From Vicugna vicugna (Eukaryota), in assembly GCA_013265495.1 (NCBI GenBank), contig MU057711.1:682001-746000 (forward strand): a DNA stretch of 64,000 nucleotides, given 5' to 3'. The notes beneath the pieces were generated by a model. That model worked only from the letters and a program-made list of their open reading frames with translations. It ran no database searches and was not told where the DNA came from. A program made the position numbers and the translations under genes. Shown here piece by piece: positions 1 through 13,710 of the stretch (position 1 is the stretch's first letter; each line of letters opens with the position of its first letter).

Positions 1-3000
1 TCACAAAGCAAGTCTTAACAAATTTAAGATTAACATCATCTCAAGTATCTCTGACCACAATGGAATGAAACTAGAAATAAATAGCAAGAGGAAAGATGGA
101 AAAATCACAAATAGGTGGAAATTAAACAACACACTTCTGAACAACCAATGGGTCAAAGAAAAAATCTAAAGAGAAATTTTTAAAAATCTTTAAAGAAATA
201 AAAATGGAAACAAAACATACCAAAACCTATGGGATGCAGCAAAAATAGTTCCAAGATAAAAGTTTATAGTGGTAAGTGCCTATATTAGGAAGAAAGAAAG
301 ATCTCAAATAAACAACCTAACTTCACACATCAAGTAACTAAAAAACAAAACAAAACAAAACCAAAAATATAAGCCTAATAAAGTTAGCAGAAGGAAAGGA
401 ATAACAAATATCAGAGCAGAAATAAATGAAATACAATACTGAAAAATGATAGAAAGGGCCAATGAAAGTAAGAGCTGTTTTTTAAAAAGATAAACAAAGT
501 TGACAAACTTTCATTTAATCTAAGAAAACAAGAAAGAATAAAGCGATAAAATAAATAAATAAATAAATAAAGCGAGAAAAGAAAGGGTAGGCATTACAAC
601 TGACATTGCAGAAATACAAAGGATCGTAACAGTCTACTGGGAACAACTGTACACCAAAAAATTGGATAACAAAGAAGAAATGGATAAGTTCAGAGAAATA
701 TACAACTTACTAAGACTGAATCATAAAGAAATAGGAAATCTGAAGAAACCAATTATGAGTAAGGAGATTAAATCAGTAATCAAAAGTTTCCCAAGAAAGA
801 AAATCCCCAAACCAGATGGTTTCTTTAGTGAATTCTACCAGATATTCAAAGGAGAGTTAGTGACAGTTTTTCTCAGACCCTTCCAAAAAATTAAAGAGGA
901 ACACCTCCCAAACTCATTTTATGAGGCCAGCTTTACCCTGATATCAAAGTCAGACAAGGATGCTTCAAGAAAAGAAAACTACAGATCAGGATCCTTAATA
1001 AATATAGGTGCAAATACTATCAAGAAAATACTAGCAAGCTGAATTCAACAGCACATTAAAAGGATCATATGCCATGATCAAGAAGGATTTATCCCTGGGA
1101 TGCAAGGATGGTTTGACATACACAAACCAATAAATTAATACATCACATTAACAGAATGAAAAATAAAGTCATACGATCATCTTGATAGATGTAGCAAAAA
1201 AATTTAACCAAATACAATACCCATTCATGTTAAAAAAATACATAAGCTCAACAAATTAAGTATAGAAGGAATATACCTCAACATAATAAAGGCCACACAT
1301 GATCAACCCATACCTAACATCACACTCAATGATGAAAGATTGACAGAGTCTCATCTAACATCAGGAAGACAAGGATGTTCACTCTCACCACTTTTGTTCG
1401 ACATAGTACTGGAAGTCCTAGCCATAGCAATTAGGCAAGAAAAGAAAATAAAGTCACCCAAATTAGAAAGGAATAAGTAAAATTGTCTCTGTAGATGATA
1501 GGACGTTATACATAGAAAATCCTGAAGACTCCACCGAAAGAACTATTAGCACTGATCAATGAATTTAGTAATGTTATAAAATAAAAAATCAACATATAGA
1601 AATCAGCCATGTTTCTATACACTAAAACAAGATATTTGAAAAAGAAGGAAAACAATCCATTCACAATAGCATCAAAAACCATAAAAATACTTATGAAAAA
1701 TTTAACAAAGGAGGTAAAAGATCTGTACACTGAAAACTGTAAGTCTTGGAGAAAAGAAATTTAAGAAGAGGCAAACAAATGAAAAGATAACCTGTATTCA
1801 TTAATCAGAAAAATTAATATTGTTAAAAATGTCCATACTACCCAAAGCCATCTATAGATTCAGTGCAATCCCTTTCAAAATTTAAATGGAATTTTTCACA
1901 GAAATAGAAAAAAATTCTAAAATTTATATGAAACCACAAAAGACCCTGAATAGACAGAACAATTCTGAGAAAGAGGAACAAAACTGGAGGCACTTCCTGA
2001 TTTCAAAGTATACTACAAAGCTATAGTAATTAAAACATAGACTAAAAACATAATTGAGAACCAAGATATAAATCCTCACTTACACAGTCAACTAATATTT
2101 GACAAAGGAGCCAAGAATACTCAATGGGGAAAGGATAGTCTCTTCAAAAATGGTGTTGGAAGAACTGGATAATCACATGCAGAAGAATAAAATTGGACTC
2201 CTATCTTATACCACTCACAAAATTAACTCAAAAAGGATTAAAGACTTAAATCCTAAGAACGGAAACCATAAAACTCCTAGAAGAAAACATAAGGAAAAAC
2301 TCCTCAACATTGATCTTAGCAACTATTTATTAAACATGACATCAAAAAGCACAAGCAAAATAAAAAGCGAAAATAATTAAGTGGAACTACATCAAACTAA
2401 AAATCTTCTGCACAGCAAAATAAACAATCAATAAAATTAAAAGGTAACCTAAGGAATAGGAGAAAATATTTGAAAATCGAGTATTTGATAAGTGGTTAAT
2501 AGGCAAAATGTATAAGGAACTCATACAACTCAATAGAAATAAAAAACAATCCAATTAAAAAATGAGCAGAGGACCTGAATAGATATTTTTCCAAAGAAGA
2601 TACACAAACAGCTAAAAGGTACATGAAAAGGTGCTAATATTACTAATCATCAGGGGAATTCATATCACCTCACACCTGTGAGAATGGCTATCATCAAAAA
2701 GACAAGACATAACAAGTGTTGGCAAGGATATTGAGAAAAGAGAACCCTTGTACACTGTTAGTGGAATGTAAATTAGTACAGCTTCTATAGAAACAATATG
2801 GAGTTTCCTCAATAAATTAAACATAGAACTACCATATAATTCAGCAATCCTGCTTCTGGGTATATATCCAAGGGAAGTGAAATCAGAATTTCAAAGAAAT
2901 ATCTGCACCCTCATGTTCGAGGTAGCTATATTTACAATAACCAAAATATGGAAATAACCGAAGTGTCTATCTATGGATGAATGGAGAAAGAAGATGTGGT

Positions 3001-3007
3001 GTATATA
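1..3007 (+). mobile_element. Degenerate LINE-1 ORF2 (endonuclease C-terminus, RT and C-terminal region)
   Basis: A-rich strand with recognisable L1 ORF2 peptides (SDHNGMKLEIN at the start; LPNSFYEASFTLISK in ORF 662-1042); many stops and frameshifts. Confidence 0.95.
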
Positions 3008-3240
3008 CAGTTTGCCCTTGAACAACACCAGTTTGAACTATGTGGGTCCACTTATACAGAGATTTTTTTCAATACTAAAATTCTACATGATCCAGGGTTG
3101 GTTGAATCCGCTGATGCAGAACCATCTGCCACAAGTCATGGAACAAATCCCCCTTAGACACCAAGGGACAACTGGACGTGAATTTAGACTGTGAGGGGAG
3201 GTCAGTGCCACTAACCCCTGCTTTGTTCAAGGGTCAACTG
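3008..3240. mobile_element. Tigger2/MER8-like TcMar MITE
   Basis: Terminal inverted repeats cagtttgcccttgaacaa ... ttgttcaagggtcaactg; inserted at a TA in the L1; 233 bp. Confidence 0.85.
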
Positions 3241-3580
3241 CATATATACAAAGGCAGAGCATGCTCTCTGACACCGTCCTTGGCAATATTCCTCTTTATC
3301 TCTGAAGGTTAATTGTGCTTCAATTAAAAAAAAGTGTAAACACTGGGAGGAAATGCATCAGACTGGTGGGGATTATGGGTGATTGTTATTTTTTACTTCA
3401 TGTTTTGGTGCATTTCTAGTCGTCTTCAATGAATATGTAGTGCTTGTAAAGTTAGAAAGAAAACGATAAATGTCATTAAAAATGAAGAAAAAAGATCAGA
3501 CTTGGAGTAAGGTGAGGGCCCGGGGGAGGAGGGAAGGAATGTGACATCAGTCAGGAGGCCATCATCGAAACCAAGGGAAG

Positions 3581-3700
3581 GGGAAGGTTATAGCTTAGTG
3601 GCAGAGAGTGTACTTAGCATGCAAGAGGTCCTGGGTTCAAGCCCCAGTACCTCCAATAAATAAATAAAGAAATAAACCTAATTACCTTCCCCTGAAAAAG
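3581..3700 (+). mobile_element. tRNA-derived camelid SINE (Vic-1-like)
   Basis: A/B-box head, (AAAT)n and aacctaattacc tail; TSD aaccaagggaag at 3569-3580 and 3701-3712. Confidence 0.88.
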
Positions 3701-4533
3701 AACCAAGGGAAGACATGGAGAGCTCCATGCCACAGTGGAGGGACTGGATGTGGTTAGAAGCTGTTAGATATCAGATACTTTAATTTCTTTACTTATCTTG
3801 TTTTGAATTTTTTTAATGCGTATTTTGACTTATCACTTCTTATAAAATTGGATGATATCACATGCATCTTACTTTTCTCACTTATCAATAAGTTGTGGAA
3901 ACTCAAAAAAAATGTTTTTACATTAAGAAGAGAAGCAACATGCTGGTATAAATGTGAGTCATTTAACTATAAAGAATTAGTATACAAAATTTACAAAGAA
4001 TGTTCAATACACCAATAACAAAAGTATAGACAATCAATTAGAAAAGTGGACAAAAGATATAATGCGCAGATGAGCCAAATGAACTCACAAACATGCTCAA
4101 CCTTTGAGTATCAAGGACGTGTGAATTAAAACCACAATCACAAAAAGAGCTATTTCTCATTCTTCAGATTGGCAATATTAAAAAGCCTGGAAATTGTAAG
4201 TCTTGACATATACATGGAGCTCAGTAGCTTTTAAACCCTGTTAGCAGAAGTGTAATTTAGACAACTACTCTATAAACAATTTGCTGTTATGTGATTAAGT
4301 TGAAGATTATCTTACTGCCATGGTCAGTCATTCTCTCCCTTAGGCATATACACGCTCTGAATAAATTCCACCTGTTCAAGGAGTCACACACAGAGTCACA
4401 CACACCCCTCAATTCTGCATGCTTCCTCTCATTGTCCTCACAATCTCTCCCCTACATCTCCTAGCCTCTCCTCTCTCATACTCACTCATGGCAACGCTGA
4501 AGTTCTAGATCTAGATCTAGAAAAACTCAAGCA

Positions 4534-5382
4534 CAGTAAGGAGATTCCTCAAAAGACTAAAAATAGACTTACCATACGATCCAGCATTCCCACTCCTGGA
4601 TGTATGTTGGGAGGGAACTCTAATTTGAAAAGATACACAAACCCCAATGCTCACAGCAGCACTATTTACAACAGCCAAGACATGGAAACAGCCTAAATGT
4701 CCATCGACAGATGACAGGATAAAAAAGTTGTGGTACATTTATACAATGGAATACTACTCAGAATAAAATAATGCCATTTGCAGCAACATGGTTGGACCTG
4801 GAGATTGTCATACTTAGTGAAGTAAGCCAGAAAGAGAAAGAAAAAATACCATATGACATCACTCCTATGTGGAATCTAAAAAAAAAAAAAGACTTATTTA
4901 CAAAACAGAAACAGACTCACAGACATGGAAAACAAACTTATGGTTACCAGAGTTGGGGAAACGAGTTCAGAAGGGATAAATTGGGAGTTCGAGATTTGCA
5001 GATACTAACACTGTATATAAAATAGATAAACAACAAGTTTCTTCTTCTTCTTCTTTTTTTTTTAGTTCAAACTATGGCTTTATCTCCAACCTCTTGACAG
5101 CACAAAACTTTAATGTTAATTCCTACTTATTAACATTTCATTCAAGGGTCATGCTTTTGTATCATCTCATTTTCTTTTTAACATTTTTTTATTGAGTTAT
5201 AGTACAAGTTTCTTCTGTGTAGCACAGAGAACTATATTCAATATCTTGTGGTAACCTATAATGAAAAAGAACATGAAAAGAAATATACACATGTATGTAC
5301 ATGTATAACTGAAAAATTACACTGTACACCAGAAATTGACACAACATTGTAAACTGACTATACTTCAATAAAAATACCATAC
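4534..5382 (+). mobile_element. 5'-truncated lineage L1 (ORF2 end plus 3' UTR) with a nested insertion at 5046-5203
   Basis: 15-bp TSD agaaaaactcaagca at 4519-4533 and 5383-5397; typical L1 ORF2 end (MPFAATWLDLEIVILSEVSQ). Confidence 0.9.
5046..5203 (-). mobile_element. Short retroposed insertion: L1 terminal ~34 nt, ~106 nt of non-L1 sequence, then poly(A)
   Basis: 13-bp TSD acaagtttcttct at 5033-5045 and 5204-5216; poly(T) at the left end; reverse-complement L1 tail at 5170-5203. Confidence 0.8.
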
Positions 5383-5749
5383 AGAAAAACTCAAGCAAAC
5401 AATCCACAGAGACTCTCATGTACGAAATATCCTTCTGCCCCCTCCACAGGAATATGTGTAGCAGCTCTGTTTGCAACATCTTAAACATCCATCAATAAGA
5501 AAATGGACCAATTGTATAATCTGAATACAGCATATTACTATTCAACAGTAAAAAAGAACGAATTAAATCCACACATCAACCTATGTGCACATTGTAAATT
5601 GAGACAAAAAAAAGTTGTAGGAAATTGTATTCACTCTGATAACCATATGTATAAAGTTCACATCTTGCAAAACAATCATATATTTGTCGATCAATATATT
5701 TGTAGTAAAGTCTCATTTCTCCAAGTAGCCCCGATTCCTTTGATTGGGG

Positions 5750-6865
5750 AATGCTATTAGAAACCAAGCTGTGGACACTGGGTGTGTTCTGTTACGGGGA
5801 TGTTGTGGCTTCCAGGCCCTCTCAGCTGACGGAGCAACTAGTATACAGAGACATACCTACACGTTTTTCTTTATGGAGGCATCTGAATCTATTTTGAACT
5901 AAACATGAGCTCCCACTGATTCTCCAACTGTAATCCACTGCTGTGATTATCATAATTCTGGCCTCCTCCCCTTGCTTATCTGTAAACTCCCACCCCGAAA
6001 GCGAGAAACCTAGTTTTCAGCATCCACCAGCCAGTTACTGAATTTGATCCCAATATGTGTACATTACAGCATCAAAAGTGACTCGTAGCCCTGTGGGAAA
6101 TCACACCATCAACCAGAACACAACGCTTCCAGGAGCACAAGACAAAGGGGGGAAAGGAACAACTACAGTGAGAGGCCTGACGGATGTCACCTCGGCCAGG
6201 GGACCAAGGTCAGCATCAGCAGTGAGTCTTGTGGATAGGATGTACCCTTGAGGTGATGGGATGAGACGGGCACTTCACCTCTGTGGTCCTCCCTCCCCAG
6301 AACTCATTAACCCTAGTCTGATCATGAGAAAAACATCAGACAAATCCCAGCAGAGCTACATTCTACAAACCACTTGACCAGTGCTCCGCAAAACTGTCAA
6401 GGTCATCAAAAACAAGGAAAGTCAAGGGGGAAGGGTAGAGCTCAAGTGGCAGAGGGCATGCTCAGCACCCGAGAGGTCCCGGCTTCAATCCGCGGTAACC
6501 GCTCCAAGCGGAAGTCAATGAAGAAACCTAATTACCTCCCCCTCAGCAAACAAACAATACAAACAAAAACAAGGAAAGTCTGAGAAACTGTCACAGCCAA
6601 GAGAAGCCCTAGGAGACTTTGATGACTAAATGTAATGTGGTATCTCGGATGGGAACCTGCAAGAGAAAAAGCGGCATTAGGTGAAAACTAAGGAAAGCTG
6701 GATAAAATACGGATGTTAGGTAATAATGGCGTATCAGCATTTACTCATTAATTGTGAAACCTACACCACACTGATATGTTAATAACAGAGGAACCCCTCT
6801 GTACTCTTTCCACACCTTTTCTGTAAATCTAAAACTTTTTAAAAATAAAGTTTATTTTTAAAATA
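5750..6865 (+). mobile_element. Ancient L1M (L1MC/MD-type) 3' UTR
   Basis: Motifs aaccctagtctgatcatgagaaaaacatcagacaaatccc and ctgtaaatctaaaact...aaataaag; boundaries approximate. Confidence 0.65.
6424..6564 (+). mobile_element. Vic-1-like SINE
   Basis: tRNA-like head and aacctaattacctcccc tail; TSD aaaaacaaggaaagtc at 6408-6423 and 6565-6580. Confidence 0.88.
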
Positions 6866-8039
6866 TGAATTGGAAAGATATAGGCCAATTTCAAGATGAC
6901 GGTTACCTCTGGCGGGTGGAGGAATGGAATCTGGAAGTTACACAGGGATCGCCCCCGGCCATTGTGACATGGAATCATGTATTTGAGAATGTAAACCCTG
7001 GGCCCGGGCTGTGTGTGCTCAGCACGACAGTGTACTGCAGATCTCCTGTGCTACCCAAGTTCTAAGGAGGGACAGATCAGGGCGGTCTGGGAAGAGCATG
7101 GGGTTAGGGAGGACTTGTTATGAGAAGTGAGGTCAGAGCTATATGGTTGGAAGAGGAGAGAAGGAGAATTTGAAAGCCCAGGGGGAAGCTCAGCTGAGGC
7201 TGGGTGTGGTGATACCTGCATAGTGAGGCTCTTAAGGGAACCACGCGCATGAGGCTTGGGCAGGAGAGTCAAGAGCCACAAGCGTGGGAAAGGTGGTGAA
7301 GGGCTTTAGATCTGCTCCTGCTGATGTAGACAGCAGCCTGCTGGCCCCCGCACAGGCCCAACCCTGGGCAAAAGAGCCCCAGAGAGCCTTCCCCACAAGA
7401 CCTCCAATGTCCACATACCAGAATGCTCTTCGCGGCTTCCTCTCCCCAAAGCACCATGCCCTCCTGACTTCTTGGGATTTGCTGCAGGAGGGCAGTGGTG
7501 GGCCGATAGCCACTGCAGGGATGCTTGGACCAAGAAAATTAAAGAAATTGGCCTCTCACCCTTGGATGGGTTATTAGCTCCCTGAATATATGCAATCCAG
7601 CTCTGGCCAGAGAGGCAGGAGGAGGGAAACCTAAACGCAAGCACAGCCTTGGATGCAGAGCCTGTCCCCATCCTCCCTGGTACTGCCACCGCATGGGCCG
7701 ACAGCCACGCTCTGATCCCCACCCAGTTGCCCTTGGCTTCCGCAGCCTCGGGGCCACTTCCCTGCCTGCAGTGCCCTGAGGGCTGCACAGGAGATTAGTC
7801 TGAGTAAAGCAGAGAGGGGAAGGCAGATTATTGGATGAAGACGAAAGAGCTCACTACGATTCTGAAACTCAACCGAAACTATTTTGGGGAGAGAGAACCA
7901 GAGAATCCAAGAAGACACCAGAAGTGGCAAACTCAGTGTCTTGGGTGAGAATTTCCTTCTGGCCAAATAAACTGTGGTTCAACAAGTTTGGCCACTGACC
8001 CCAGTCCTTCTCGTCAAGACAGCCCTCATGCAGTATTTC

Positions 8040-8630
8040 TGCAGCCAATGGATAACCTGAGCCATGTCACGAGGAGATATCAGACAAATCCAAAGGAACA
8101 TCCTACAAAACCTCTAGCTGTGCTTTTCAAAAATGTTAGCGTCGTGAAAGACACAGAAAGGCAAAGAGACATTCTAGGTTAAAGGCAACTAAAGAGACTG
8201 ACAGCTGAAAGCAATATACAGCCTGTATTGAATCCTGGGCGAGGGGAAAAATAAGTGTGTTACTGGGATGAGTGAGGAAATCTGAATGTGGACTGTAGGT
8301 TATGGAAGAGCATTATATCAAAGTAAAATTTCCTGATTTTGATCCTTGTACAATTTAAGCCTTCATAATTTTGATTGTTATGATTATATAAGAGAACATA
8401 CTTATCTTTAGGAGATACACACTGCAGTATTTAGAGGTAATGGAGGAGAATGTCTGCCATTCACTCTCAGATTTGCCAGAAAAATAAGTTTGCATAGAGA
8501 CAGAACGTTAAAGCAAGCGTGGCAAAAAATGTCAATTTACAAATCAGAATGAAGGGTAGTTAGAATGTCTGAGTGTCATTCTGGTTCCTTTTCCAGAGGC
8601 TTGAAATCATTTCAAAATAAAAAGTTAAAA
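8040..8630 (+). mobile_element. Ancient L1M 3' end fragment
   Basis: gaaatctgaatgtggactgtaggtt...atttcaaaataaaaagtt pattern; boundaries approximate. Confidence 0.6.
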
Positions 8631-11600
8631 TCTTTTATTTTTTAAAAGAAACAGCCCTAAAGGGGATGAATTGTTCTTCTGTGAAACTGAGAGCCATGTG
8701 CTGGCCACAGTCGCTCTGGTCTCCGGGACCAGGCAGACAGCATGCATGCTCTCTTCACGTGCAGACAACTGCCATGTCCCTCTGCTCATCCCCAGCCACC
8801 TGTTTGCGATGCCTCTCTTGTTCAGGCTGAACGTCCCCAGTGCCGCCTCCTTCTGAGAGGGCAGGCGTCCCGTTCCTAGAGAATCCTCCTGCGACATCTA
8901 GAATTTTCCTCACTCCTCTAAAGGCAAAGAGTCCTGGTGGCGAGCTGTCATCGGCTTGTCTTAAGGGGTATGGACTCCAAAATGCCAAGCGCAGGACACC
9001 AGGCCCCCTGGCCAGGCGCGGGTAATCAGAGTGCCGGAGGGGCATTTCCTGGGGCACGCCCCAGGGAACGCAGAGTTGTGATTACCTAAGACCATTTGGA
9101 AATGCTGCAGCTGGAAGGGCACTTTGCTAAATTTGGCAGCCCCCGAGGGGGAGAACGAGAATTTTTAAATCAGGAAGCCTGCTTTGGCTAACGTCTCTAT
9201 CCCGTCTGTCATGTCGTCCTCTGCCAGGAGTGAGGAGCTGCCTGGAGCGAGAAATCTGCTTGCTGGCAGTCACGGGCTGGAGGTGGGAGACCGCTGTTGA
9301 GAGCTGGAAAAACGTGAGGACCTGACAGGTCAGAGTCCTGACTCTGCTCCTGGCCTGCCTGGTTCCACTGAGAGCAGCTGAGGGTTGGCAGGAGGTGGAA
9401 GCAAGCCTCTGACGCATCCCTCTGCTGGCGGGCAGGGTGGTCCTCACCTGACCTCGATAGACCAGAAAAGGCAGAAGCAGGAAGCTCTCATTTTAGAGCA
9501 GGGGATACAAGCTGATAGATCACGGACTATACTTACCTTGCAGGTCCATTGTATTTGGCCTGCTCAGTTTTTTTTTTAATTTTTTGAATTTGAGGAAAAC
9601 ATTTAAAAATTAGAAGATAATCACGTTAAAAGAAAAAAAGTCCTCTGGCTTTTGTCAAAAATCGGGAGCTCTGTAGGCTCACGAGCTACAATCAGCTCAC
9701 GCAGAGTGCGTCAAGGCTTTTTTGGCAGGGCACAGCGTGGTTTCGTTTGCCACAATCCCCACCACTCCTTGCTGTCTCCCTGACTCTGGGCTCTGGGTGA
9801 CTTAGCATTTATCATCACACCTGCACTGCTGTTTTCCTTACAGTAGTTTCATTTTTCTCTATCTTTGTCTGTCTCCAAAAAGGGAGGATGAAAGCTACCT
9901 TGAGGGCATTTCAAGAAGAAACATTTTCCATACCTACCCACTTCACTCAACTCTGATCCATGCCTGCTTCTCTAACCCAGAAAAGTACCTATTAATCATA
10001 TCTTGTTTGAGAATCAGATTCTCCATTTCCCTTGGTGCTCACAATGGAAATCCGTCCTTAGGACTCCCCTGCATCAACCAAATGCAGTTGCACTCTTAAG
10101 CATGAAATCCTTCTAGGTTAAGAGATTATGGCCACTGTTCCTCTCTTAACAAATCCATTCTTAATTTAAGGCCACCCAAAATTATCAATATCTGCAGGAC
10201 TCATGCCCTCCCCCGCCCTCCCACAGCCCCTTCCTCCAGGCTCTGTCCAGCCTCTGCTTGGAGGAGAAGCTATGGGAAGCATTTCTCAGCCCCTGCCCCT
10301 CACCTCTCCTGTCTGTCCAGTCCAGCTGTCCCCACACCCCGGTGGGAAGCCAGACCAGGGTGATGGTCCCATGAGTGATACAGAGCTGGTGTGGGAGAGG
10401 GAGAAGGGATGGGAGAGAGGACAGAAGTAAGCAGGTGCAGGTGAGAGCACACGTGACCTGGGGTGCAGAAAGGGAAGGGGGCCCCAAACAGTGATCTGTG
10501 ATGGAGTCTCCAAGAGAGGGCGCCTGCTCAGTTACAGGGATTCTCCGATGAGATTGAAGAAAGATGAGAACTCCCATTTTACACCTGTGTGTACCACACA
10601 GGAGTGCACCATGAATTCAAGCTCTTTAAAAAAATTGTGTGATTAAATCGTGAACACTACTCTGCGTGTGTGTGTGTGTGTCTGACAGGGCATTCATTCA
10701 TTTACATAGGCTTTTGTATATCTGATTTGGAAATCCTGTCTTGACATTACAGTTTTTAACAACATGGAGCAGGGGGCTCCCAAAACGGCCATGCCCGGCC
10801 TCCCCTGGGCTCTGGGGCCCCAGGTCTCTGCTTCCTCCCTCACAGGCAGCCACACTTGATGTGGTGCTGCCCATCACAGCCTGTCCTGGGACAAACCAGG
10901 GAATGATCGCTACAGAGAGGAGTTTACCTGCGCAGGAAACGCTCTCGTCCTTAGGGCGGGAGGGAGAGGAGGAGGGGCCAGAAGTCATGGGGCTGAGAGA
11001 GAGTTGCCTGTGGTTGCTTGGGTCTGCTTCTCTCCAGGGACCCAGATTCACTGCCCTGTCCCTCCTGCCTGGAGCCCGCCTCTCCAACTGCCCCATTCAA
11101 CTGCCGTTCCCACCGCGCCTGCGGAGGGAACCCTCGCAGACCAACATTCCCTCTGCCCCCATTAAAGGGCACTGCCCCCTCCCAGTTGGGCCTGGGCACG
11201 GTCCCCCTCCCTCAGTGACAGCTCACATCATGTGCTTTGCACAGCCACCCCCTCCCCAACCTGTCACATCACTGCCTCATGTAAGAGGGGGAACTCCCCC
11301 CTAACCCCCATTTTACAGACAAGGCTGAGGGTCTGAGGGCTTTCCATGACTGGCTCCGGGCAAGGCTCAGACCAGCCCAGGGACCTGCCTCCCAGATAGC
11401 TCGCATCTCCCCGCTACATTCCTGCAGTGGTGAGGCGACTCTGAGGTCAGGGGATGGAGGAACATCCAATTTTCAAAACAGTGAAAATCTTATCCATTTA
11501 TTCCCCATTCACTGAATCAAAAGTAAAAGTCAATTTGAGCTTTTTTCCCCCTTGAATTAAATGAAACCGGCGCAAACAGCTAACTTTTACATATCAAAGT

Positions 11601-12814
11601 TTCCTGTTTATTTCACTTCAAACACTGGAACGTGGGTCTTTTCCGTTGTCTTGAGTCCCTGTAGGCGCCTGGCCTCCGTGTCTTGCTCAGAGCGCGGGCC
11701 AAGCTCAGAGGCATCTGAAGGATTCCACAGCGGCCAGTGAATGGCTGGGAGGGAGGAGCCTCGCTGAACTCAGAAATAGCAAATCCGGATTCATTTTTAT
11801 GAACTCCTTACGCACTTTAGAACACCTTCTCCTCCTGATTTACATGGATTTTATGACAAATTTCACTGTAGAATTTCAAGCTTGCCAAGACTTCCTCCTC
11901 TTCTGCTGGTCAATTCCTCCCCCTGCTGGCTGTTCCTGGCTCCTCCTGGATGTAATTCACAGAGGAGGCTGCCCTCACTCTTCCAGCCCAAAAGGGAGGT
12001 GGGGAAGGGGGGGCGGTCCGTAGACAGCTGCCATGTAGGAATACCTTCCTGCGAGGAAGCTTCCCTGTCCTCGGGGGTGGGCTGGGCCAGCAGAGTCTTT
12101 CTTTGTGAGTCTGAGGGACCGTTTAATTTGCCTCCATTCCTTCCTTCATAAATGCAAATCACAGCTAATAATATCCTTGACATTTGAAGGATCCTTTGTG
12201 TATCACAAAATTCTTCCTCCTTTTATCACTTGATCTTCCCAACCACCCCAGGACGTCTCGGAAAAACCCAGCACAGGCTGACTTTCACAATTTCCAAACA
12301 GATTCAAATGGTGATGGGTTTATGGAAGGAGAACGCTGGGCAGTTTTCCTCCATGTTCATGGAAGTTCTGACAGAGGTGGATTCCCACCAAGGCACGGTG
12401 TGGGTCCTGCATCAGGAAGACCTTTGGGCCTATCGGGCAACAGAGTGTGGTGTGGACTGATGGCGAAGGGCTGTGCAGCCTCTGTCCGAGGCAGTCTTCA
12501 AGGGAACAACAGACAAGCTCCCATCCGGGCAGCGCACACTCGCGGAAGGTCAGGGCACCGCTGAGCCAAGCCAGTGCAGGGTGGTCACACCCCTGGGGTT
12601 GGAGGAGGGGGAAGTCCATTGGATTACAGGAGGAGAATAAAAATATTAGAAATCCTTTCTAAAGTTGTCCTCATCTTTATAAAAATTCAATTTTTCGTGT
12701 GTCTAGATAGGTAAGTACAGTTATAAACATGCACATGCTGCACGTCATTGTAAAGAAATGTACAAGCCTCTATCAGGGGTCTGTGACACTGTGCTCAGCG
12801 CCGGGTCTCAGGAC

Positions 12815-13321
12815 TGCGGTGCCAACTGGCGCCTGCCGAGGCCCTGCGGCCCCAAACTTCCAGCCCTTAGGCGTCCGTCTGCTCTTCGGAAGACAAAGTC
12901 CGGATGTGCATTTGCCTCAGTACAGCTACAGCCCTGGGAAATGACCTGCCTCACCGCAGCTCAGGCCGGCTTGTCTCAGCCCCTGTCTCCTCCTTATCAG
13001 AGTCACAAATTCCACGGCCTTGCCTGTGTCAGTCCATGTCTCCAGCTTACTGGAGTTGTAGATCCACTATCCTCCCATATATAATCTCACTTGTAGCCAA
13101 TCGGAAGGCTGTCCCCCATCCTTTGTGTTCACAGCCCCTTCCCCAATGAAAGAACCTGTACGTTGATCCCAGGACACCCAGGCACCTCTTTTCGGTGTGG
13201 CCCGCTGTTGCCTGTAAGCGGCGTAACTATTAAACTTTCATTTGTTGTTAAAATTTCCCGTGCCTTTGGTAAATTCTTCTTACCAGCCAGTGTCACCAGC
13301 CCTGCCAAGTGTCCCCCAACA
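12815..13321 (+). mobile_element. Solo ERV LTR (507 bp)
   Basis: TG...CA termini; 5-bp TSD aggac at 12810-12814 and 13322-13326; CCAAT near 13098; ATTAAA near 13228. Confidence 0.8.
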
Positions 13322-13467
13322 AGGACCTCTCCTCTTAGACGATTTCCCAGCTCTGAGATTCTGCGGGGCTTTTATTGCAAAGTCAGTCTCTGCCTGAAAT
13401 CCTCCCTCTTCCTGCCCTTCACCAAAAAAGCATAAAAGATAGTTCAATCAATCTCGAAAAAAAGTTT

Positions 13468-13536
13468 AAAAAATTTTTTTAAAATGTGTGTGTATTTCAG
13501 AGAGGAAGGAAGGAAGGAAGGAAGGAAAGAAAGAAA

Positions 13537-13576
<40 letters not shown>

Positions 13577-13646
13577 AAAAAAAATTTTTTAAAATGTGTG
13601 TGTATTAAAGAAAGGAAGGAAAGAAAGAAGGAAGGAAAGAAAGAAA

Positions 13647-13710
<64 letters not shown>

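Noticed and set aside
662..2380. ORFs with reverse-transcriptase-like peptides
   Set aside because: They are fragments of a dead L1 ORF2 with many frameshifts and stops, not a host gene or novel RT system.
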